From Dethiobacter alkaliphilus (GTDB lineage: Bacteria; Bacillota; Dethiobacteria; DTU022; UBA8154), in contig JAENYV010000001.1 of the NCBI GenBank assembly GCA_016841605.1, positions 165,553 to 229,552 on the forward strand: 64,000 bases of DNA. Direction: 5' to 3'. Positions 55,644 through 63,700 of the stretch are shown here, one piece after another. A program made the position numbers and the translations under genes. Numbering within the stretch: position 1 is the first letter of the stretch; each line of letters starts with the position of its first letter. The notes beneath the pieces were generated by a model. That model was not told where the DNA came from and did no database searches. It saw nothing but the letters and a program-made list of their open reading frames with translations.

Positions 55644-57122
55644 ATGCAAGCTGATAAAAGGAAAGGGGAGACACCCCCGGCATATCCGCCGGAATCTTCT
55701 CAGTTAAAGAGATGGATTTACAGGTCCATGATGATTGTCCTGGGTATGTTAATGCTGGTAAGTATGTTTTACATGCCGTTGCCCGCGGTTGTCCATGCCG
55801 CGACGGACTCGCTGGAAATTACCGGAGACGGGGTGACGGACCCGCTGACCCTGACCCTGACCCAGTTAGAGGAAATGGAGCAATACCAGTATACATACAG
55901 TTGTATTAACACGTGGCCTACCAAAAAATGGTATGTAGGTAAAGGAGTTAAATTGAGCGATCTGCTCGCCAGGGCGGGGATGACCGATGAGGCCAGGCTG
56001 CTTAAATTTACGGCTGTCGACGGTTACACAGTGACGCTTACGGTCAAGGAACTGTTAAAAGATAAGCGTTATCGTTTTCCCAATTTCAAGAGCGGTGGCG
56101 GCGATGGTGACGGGCATACTCCGGGCGATCCTTCGGGTCAGGTGGAGGTAGTGACGATTATCGGCCTGGTCAGCGTCGAAGGCAGCGATAATCCCCAGTA
56201 TATGAACGATCTGAATACTTTGCTGTTGATGCTGGGGCAGCGTGCTGTAACTGAGCAGACAGGAAACCTTTTCGTTAAATATCTGAACAAGATCGAAGTA
56301 CTTACGGACGAGCCGGAAAAATGGGATGCACCGCAGGCCAATCCGGACAGTAGCACAGTGCCCGCGGGAACCATGGTGACACTGAGCAATCTCCACAATG
56401 ATGACGACAAAATTTATTATACCACGGACGGCAGTGAGCCGACCCGGAACAGCCCCATGTATAACTGGATTGCCAAGCGCTGGTGGTCATCACGGGCGGA
56501 TGTACTGGGAACCATCAATCACCCTATCGGACCCATTGAGAAAGATACAATCATCAAGGCGGTTACCATCGGACCCGGTAAAGCGGACAGCGATGTCGTT
56601 ACCTTCAAATATCAGGTTTCCGGGGCTGAGCCGGACAACGGGACATCAACGTCAACAGTCACACCCGGTCCGGAAGAGTCTGAGACAACAGAAGAACACG
56701 GGACAGATGAAATGAAAGGCGAAGTACCCGGGAAACCGTCGCAAAAAATTATCAAGCTTGCCATTGACCGGATGGAAGCGGATATTGACGGCAATACCTG
56801 CGCTCTGGAGGCAGCACCTTATCTCAACACCGAGGTCGGTCGTGTCCTGGTTCCGGTACGGTTTGTCAGCGAAGCCCTGGGTGCCGGAGTTAATTGGAAC
56901 CCGGAAAAAGGACAGATAACCGTCACCGATGAAGGAAAAGAAATTCTCCTGACCCTCGGTTCCGGCAATGTTCAGATCAACGGTATACCGCAGGCCGTTG
57001 ATTGTGTTCCGGTTACACTCCCGCCCGGCCGTACTTTTATCCCCCTCCGCTTTGTGAGTGAGACCCTTGGAGCGAAGGTGGGCTACAAAGCAGAGACCGG
57101 AGAGATCACCATCACAAGATAG
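55644..57122 (+). CDS. Envelope protein: signal/TM - Oxidored_molyb-like - CHB_HEX_C - T/E-rich linker - copper-amine-oxidase-N-like wall-binding domain
   Basis: The cassette runs LEITGDGVTDPLTLTLTQLEEM..YSCINTWPTKKWY..IYYTTDGSEPTRNSPMYN. The C-terminus reads VLVPVRFVSEALGAGVNWNPEKGQITV....TFIPLRFVSETLGAKVGY, the typical Cu_amine_oxidN1 repeat pair. Confidence 0.8.
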   Translation: MQADKRKGETPPAYPPESSQLKRWIYRSMMIVLGMLMLVSMFYMPLPAVVHAATDSLEITGDGVTDPLTLTLTQLEEMEQYQYTYSCINTWPTKKWYVGKGVKLSDLLARAGMTDEARLLKFTAVDGYTVTLTVKELLKDKRYRFPNFKSGGGDGDGHTPGDPSGQVEVVTIIGLVSVEGSDNPQYMNDLNTLLLMLGQRAVTEQTGNLFVKYLNKIEVLTDEPEKWDAPQANPDSSTVPAGTMVTLSNLHNDDDKIYYTTDGSEPTRNSPMYNWIAKRWWSSRADVLGTINHPIGPIEKDTIIKAVTIGPGKADSDVVTFKYQVSGAEPDNGTSTSTVTPGPEESETTEEHGTDEMKGEVPGKPSQKIIKLAIDRMEADIDGNTCALEAAPYLNTEVGRVLVPVRFVSEALGAGVNWNPEKGQITVTDEGKEILLTLGSGNVQINGIPQAVDCVPVTLPPGRTFIPLRFVSETLGAKVGYKAETGEITITR

Positions 57123-57150
57123 TTCTTTCTTACAATCAGGCCTTAACACT

Positions 57151-57186
57151 GCCAGAGCCGTTTGACGTAGTGAATACGGCTCTGGC
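57151..57186 (+). terminator. Candidate terminator hairpin after 55644 gene
   Basis: GCCAGAGCCGT-(14 nt)-ACGGCTCTGGC is an 11-bp perfect stem, but it has no downstream T-tract. Confidence 0.35.
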
Positions 57187-57256
57187 CTAGAAAACGGCTG
57201 TATTTGGGCAATATCCATGGTGACTGAAACATACGCTTTATGTTGACAACTTTTTG

Positions 57257-57310
57257 TTGACACCCCTTGTTTTTCCTATATAATTTAGTTGATTGGTAAA
57301 AAAGCCAACT
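57257..57310 (+). promoter_or_regulatory. Conserved promoter/leader element, copy 3
   Basis: TTGACA 57257-62, 16-nt spacer, TATAAT 57279-84, then TTAGTTGATTGGTAAAAAAGCCAACTTTTT. The spacer CCCCTTGTTT is identical to copy 1. Confidence 0.65.
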
Positions 57311-57439
57311 TTTTGCAGTAATATTAAATACAAACCGGTCAATTGTTATTTTAACAGGCACAATTAAGCATGAAGGGGTTTTTTTACGCACATTATGTCT
57401 GAATTGGCATATTGATGGCACTTAAACGGAAAACATTCG

Positions 57440-57740
57440 CCTTCGAGGAGAGATGTTCGCAGGGACCATGGTGGAATTGAGTTCTCTTGAGGCCTTGATG
57501 GATAGTCTGTTGAAGGTAGTTTTTCCGTGGACGGGGGATGGGAGCATAAGGCAATGCTTAAAGCTTCTGATGAGGATAATCCTCCGGATAAACTGACGAC
57601 ATCGTGAAAATTATGTCGGTAGTTGTTTGCAGTAGTATTTGCATCGGCTATTTATTGTTAGGAAGATCCCGGCCTGGCAGAGAGCTCAGTAGTTTAAAAT
57701 TATTGGACGGGAGGTGACATAAGTCCCGGAGATACGTATC
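57440..57740 (+). pseudogene. Degenerate relics of a second exbB-like 3' end and DUF2149-like gene
   Basis: 57486-57517 (CTTGAGGCCTTGATGGATAGTCTGTTGAAGGT) aligns with the intact CTGGAGGCCTTAATGGAGAGCCTATTGGAGGT at ~55253. 57705-57737 (GGACGGGAGGTGACATAAGTCCCGGAGATACGT) aligns with GGACGGGAGGTGACGGAAGTCCCGGAGTTACGT at ~55480. No intact ORF is present. Confidence 0.6.
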
Positions 57741-57783
57741 GTTCAAGAAGAAGAAAATCAAGTATTAAAGGAGTGTATGCTCA

Positions 57784-60700
57784 ATGCAAACAGTAAAAAA
57801 AAGATGGTGGTACAGGCTTGTACCATCCATCCTGAGTGTGCTGATGATCGTCTGTTCGTTCGGCATGGCGGCACCTGCGGCTGTTTATGCTGTGGACGAT
57901 ATTGAACCTCCTGCCTGGCCGGCAGAGAGCGAATTAACCGCGGATGTCTGCGGCAGCAGTGTGACCTTGAGCTGGCCTGCGGCAACCGATAACGTAGGGG
58001 TTGTCTGCTACGAGGTTTATAAAAACGACGGTCTCATTGATACGGTGACCGGTGCCACTCAGAGAAGCTGCACTGTCTCCGGACTCGATCCTTCTGTCTA
58101 CACCTTCGGCGTACAGGCTGTGGATGACGCCGGCAATCACAGCGAAGCCTTAACGGCCGACGCCACCGTAGAAGCCGTTGCCCTTACAGTTACCGGAGAC
58201 GGTGTAGAGACTCCCATGACCTTTAGCATGACCGATCTACAGGAAATGGAACAGTACCAGCATTTGTACAGTTCAATTAACACCTGGCCCACCAAAAAAT
58301 GGTATGCCGGAGAGGGCGTCAAGCTGACGGACCTTTTAGCCTCCGCCGGAATTAAGGATGAAGCCACGCTGATTACCGTAAAAGCAACTGATGGTTATAG
58401 AATGACGTTTACCCGTCAAGAACTGGTGGAGGACCCCCGCTATTATTATCCGGGTTTGAGAGAAAATGCGGAATATGACGGATCTATACCGGGCTCTCCG
58501 GAGGGGGCGCAGCAGGTGGAGACCATCATAGCACTGCGCAGCGCACAAAGCAATAGCTTAGCAAATATGAATACATCCGATGCTCTGCATTTGCTGATGG
58601 GGCAGAGGTGGGTTACCGAACAAACCAACAACGCGTTTGTGAAACATACCGGGACAATTGAAGTCTCTACTGAGGCCCCGGAAAAATGGGCAAATCCCAT
58701 CGCAGATCCGCCGTCCGGGATTGTGCCCGCGGGGACCGGGGTAATTTTTGACCCTGTCAATATAAATGACATGGACGGGGCCAATTTCCATTATACCACG
58801 GACGGCAGTGATCCTACTTTTGAGAGTCCCATGTATAACTGGATTAAATACCGGTGGTGGTTTAATCGCCCTGACGACCTGCCGATTATAAACCATCCCA
58901 TTAACGTAGACAAAAGTATGACAATTAAAGCGGTGGCTATCGGTTTTGGCAGGGAGGATAGCGATATCCTTACTTTCAATTACCAGGTTCCTCTGCTCAT
59001 TGACACCGGTAATCCTGCCAATGCAACCGAGAACGAAGCCTATGCGGGTCATACCTTTATAGCGGCAGGCGGAGTAGAACCGTACAGTTTTGCGGTAACT
59101 GAGGGAACACTGCCGGCAGGTATGGAACTGAACGGTGCGATATTGGAAGGAACACCGACGGCAAGCGGGACATCTGTTTTCACTGTAACCGTAACCGACA
59201 GTGCAAATCCTGCGAATACAGGCAGCCATGAGTTTACCATGGTGGTAGACGAAGCGGGCGCAGCACCGCCGGCCTTGACCGCCGATACTAGCGATAACAA
59301 AGTCGGACAGGCCATAGATATCACCTTTACCGACGATGCGGCCTGGCGGGCGGCTGTCGGCGGAATAAAAGTCAATGATACTGATTTAAACGGCGAGCAG
59401 TATACACTTGGCGAAGGTAACATCAATATTATTGCCGACGTATTCACCGCTGCCGGTGATTACGTAATTACGGTCCAGGCAACGGGATATGTCGATGCCG
59501 CAGTAACCCAGACCGTAACAGTTGCATCTTCGGACCCGGACGATTTTTATGTATACCAGGGTATATTGGTAGCATACTACGGTTCCGGTGGTGATGTGAT
59601 CATTCCGGATAATTTAGATATAACCGGCATTGGGGGGAGTGCGTTTAGTAATTTAACCAGCCTGACCTCCATAAGCATCCCCGAAGGAGTCACCAGCATT
59701 GACAATAGTGCCTTTCGTGACTGCAGCAACCTGGTTTCAGCCGTCATTCCCGGCACCATTACCAGCATTGGAAACGGTATTTTTTATGATTGCAGCAGCC
59801 TGACTTCGGTCACTATCTTCGAAGGAGTCACCGGCATTGGAGAGCAAATGTTTCGAAATTGTACCAGTCTGGCCTCGCTAACTATCCCCAATAGCGTTAC
59901 CGGTATTGGAGAAAATGCCTTTCTCGACTGCAGCGGCTTGACCTCGCTAACTATCCCCGGCAGCGTTACCGACATTGGCGAAGGTGCCTTTAGAGGTTGC
60001 AGCGGCCTGACTTCGCTAAGTATCCCCGGCAGCGTTACCAGTATGGGAAGGTATGCCTTTCGCGATTGCACTAGCCTGACCTCAGTTACTATCTCTGAAG
60101 GTGTTACCGACATTGGAGAGGATGCTTTTAACGGTTGTAGCGGTCTGACTTCGATAGCTATCCCCGGCAGTGTTACCGGCATTGGAGAAAGTGCCTTTAG
60201 CGGTTGCAGCGGCCTGACTTCAGTCACTATCTCTGAAGGTGTTATTAGCATTGGAGAAGATGCTTTTAGCGGTTGCAGCGGCCTGACTTCAGTTACTATT
60301 CCCGGTAGTGTCACCAGTATTGGAACTAGTGTCTTTAATGTGTGTACCAGTTTGACAACAATTAATGTAAATCCAAGTAACCTCAATTATACCGGTGATG
60401 GTGGGGTATTGTTCAATAAGCTTTTAACAGTACTTGAATGCTATCCGGCTGGAAAAACAGGGGAATATATTGTGCCTGACGGCGTTGAAGCTATTGGCGA
60501 AAGTGCTTTTTCTTCTTGCATCAACCTGGGCTCGCTAGTTTTTCCCGATAGTGTCACCAGCATTGGAGAGTATGCCTTCCGTAACTGTAGCGGCCTGACT
60601 GCGGTTACTATTCCCGGCAGCGTTACCAGTATGGGAAGATATGCTTTTAGAGGTTGCAGCGGCCTGACTTCACTTACTATCTCCGAAGGAGTCACCAGCA

Positions 60701-63700
60701 TTGGAGAGTATGCCTTCCGTGACTGTAGCGGCCTGACTGCGGTTACTATTCCCGGCACTATCACCAGCTTTGAGGATGATGCCTTCCAAGACTGCACTAG
60801 CCTGACTTCGGTCACTATTTCTGAAGGAGTTACCAGCATTGGGAGTGGTGCCTTCAATGGCTGCACTAGCCTGACCACGGTAACTATCCCCAACAGCGTT
60901 ATCAGCATTCAATCTAATGCATTTTCCGGCTGCAGCAGCCTGAATTCGGTAACTATCCCCAACAGCGTCACCATCATTGATACTTATGCGTTTTATGGCT
61001 GCAGTAACCTGAGTTCGTTTACTATCCCTGAAGGTGTCACCGGTATTGGAAGAGCTACGTTTTCCGGCTGCAGCAGCCTGAATTACGTAACTATCCCCGA
61101 AAGCGTTACCATCATTGACAGGGATGCCTTTAAAGACTGCGTCAGTCTGACTTTTATAAATATCCCCGATAACGTCACCAGCATAGGGAGATCTGCCTTT
61201 CAAGGTTGCACCGGCTTTAGTTTGGTTACTATTCCCGGTAGCGTCACCAGTATTGATAGAGATGCCTTTTCCGGATGCAGTAATTTAACATCCATAAATA
61301 TTCCCGAAAGCGTTACCACTATTGGAAGTAATGTGTTCAGCGGATGCAGTAGCTTAACCGTATACGGTTATGACGGTTCCTATGCGCAGAGCTATGCCTC
61401 CGACAATAGTATTCCCTTTGAAGTTATCAGCGGAGCGTTCGCACCGGTCTTGACCCCCGATACTAGCGATAACAAAGTCGGACAGGCCATAGATATCACC
61501 TTTACCGACGATGCGGCCTGGCGGGCGGCTGTCGGCGGAATAAAAGTCAATGATACTGATTTAAACGGCGAGCAGTATACACTTGGCGAAGGTAACATCA
61601 ATATTATTGCCGACGTATTCACCGCTGCCGGTGATTACGTAATTACGGTCCAGGCAACGGGATATACCGATGCCGTAGTAATCCAGACCGTAACAGTTGC
61701 ATCTTCGGACCCGGACGATTTTGTAGTAAACGAGGGTATTCTGTCAGCATACCAGGGTTCCGGCGGTGATGTGATCATTCCGGATAATCTGGGTATAACC
61801 GGCATTGGGGAAGCTGTGTTTGAAAATTTAATAAGCCTCACTTCGATAATTATTCCCGAAGGAGTTACCACCATTGGAGCCAGCGCCTTTCGTGGCTGCA
61901 GCAACCTGGGCTCCATAACTATTCCCGCCGGCGTTACCAGTATTGGAATTGGCGCTATTCGTGATTGCAGCAGTCTGACCTCGGTAACGATTCCCGAAGG
62001 GGTTGAGGATATCGGAAGCTATGCCTTCAGAGGTAGCAACCTGAGCTCCATAACTATTCCCGGCAGTGTCGCCGGTATTGGGAATAGTGCTTTTCGTGAG
62101 TGCAGCAACTTAAGTTCGGTGATCCTCTCCGAAGGAGTTAGCACCATGGGAACTTATGTCTTTAGCGAGTGCACTAGCCTGAGCTCCATAACTATTCCCG
62201 GCAGCGTTACCAGTATTGGAAGTCGCATGTTCAACGGTTGCAGCAGCCTGACCTCGGTAACCCTCTCCGAAGGGGTTGAGGAGATTGGAACTTATGTATT
62301 CTGGAATTGCAGCAGTCTGAGTTCCATAAGTATCCCCGGCAGCGTTACGAGCATTGGCAATTCAGCCTTTGGCGGCTGCACCGGCCTGATCTCCGTTATT
62401 ATTCCCGACAGCATTACCAGTCTGGGAACTAGCATCTTCAGCGGTTGCAGCAATTTGACAGAAGTAACTCTTCCCGACAACCTTACCGGTTTACCGAATA
62501 GTTTGTTTAAAGACTGCAGCAGCCTGATCACAGTAAATATCCCGGAAAGCGTTACGAGCATTGGAGACAGTGTCTTTTCCGGCTGCAGCAGCCTGACTTC
62601 CATAAATATTCCCGATAGTGTTACCTCTATATTGGGCAGTGCCTTTTATAATTGCAGCAGCCTGACTTCTATAAATATTCCTGACAACATTACCGATATT
62701 GCAGGATATCTGTTTTACAATTGTACCAGTCTAGTTTCCATAACCATCCCGGACAATGTTACCGGTATAGGATTTTATGCTTTTAAAAATTGCACCAATT
62801 TAAGCTCCATTATCATCCCCAGTAGTGTCAGCAACATTGCAAATGATGCTTTTCAAGAGTGCAGTAGCTTAACCATATACGGTTATGAAGGCTCTTATGC
62901 GCAGAGCTATGCCTCTGCCAACAGTATTCCTTTTGTAGCGATAGATCCCGTAATCTGGTATGTTGATGACTCCGGCAGCGCCGACTTTACCGCCATACAG
63001 GCAGCCGTGACAGCTGCCGACGCCGGTGATACCATCATTGTAAAAGACGGTACCTATACTGAGAACGTGGTTGTGGATAAAAGTCTGGTTATTCAGTCCG
63101 AAAACGGGGCGGAGCTGACTATTGTCCGGGCGGCCGCTTCAAATGCCGATGTCTTCAAGGTGACAGCAGAGAACGTTACCATTGACGGCTTTAGCATAAC
63201 CGGAGCAACGTCAATGGGGAAATCAGGTATTGCAGTCTTTGGTTCGACCAGTGGCTCCTGCACTATTATTAATAATCAGTGCAGCGAGAACAATCAAGGA
63301 ATAACCATTGAAGCACTGACAACAGATAATACGGTTGCCGATAACATCTGTACTCTCAGTGGCAGATACGGCATTTATCTGTCAAACACAACCGGCAACA
63401 TCATAACCGGTAACACTTGCTCAAACAACACGGCTAGCTCCGGTTTTGCTCTCTATCTGGCGGATAATGCTGATAATAATACTGTTAATGATAACATCAC
63501 AGACTCAAATAACATCGGTATACGGGTTAAAAACGCAGACTCTAATTTGCTCTTTAACAACACCTCCTCAAACAATAACTACGGCCTGGAAATTGCCACC
63601 GGCTCTCTAGACAATGTTTTTTACCTGAACAATTTTGTGGGAAATACCAGTAGTCAGTTATCCCTGGGGTACGGTGCGGTGGCCGGTAATTTCTGGAACT

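Noticed and set aside
59262-61722. Possibility that the near-identical DUF1533 modules are a DGR template/variable repeat pair
   Set aside because: The few differences seen (gtc/acc, gca/gta, acc/atc) are not adenine-specific. Both copies are in-frame parts of the same gene, and no reverse transcriptase or Avd is in the window.
59600-62900. Regular ~69-bp periodic repeats that could be mistaken for a CRISPR-like or satellite array
   Set aside because: The repeats are imperfect, have no unique spacers, lie inside a continuous reading frame, and encode the LRR unit LTS(V/I)TIP.SVTSIG..AF.GCS. No cas genes are present.
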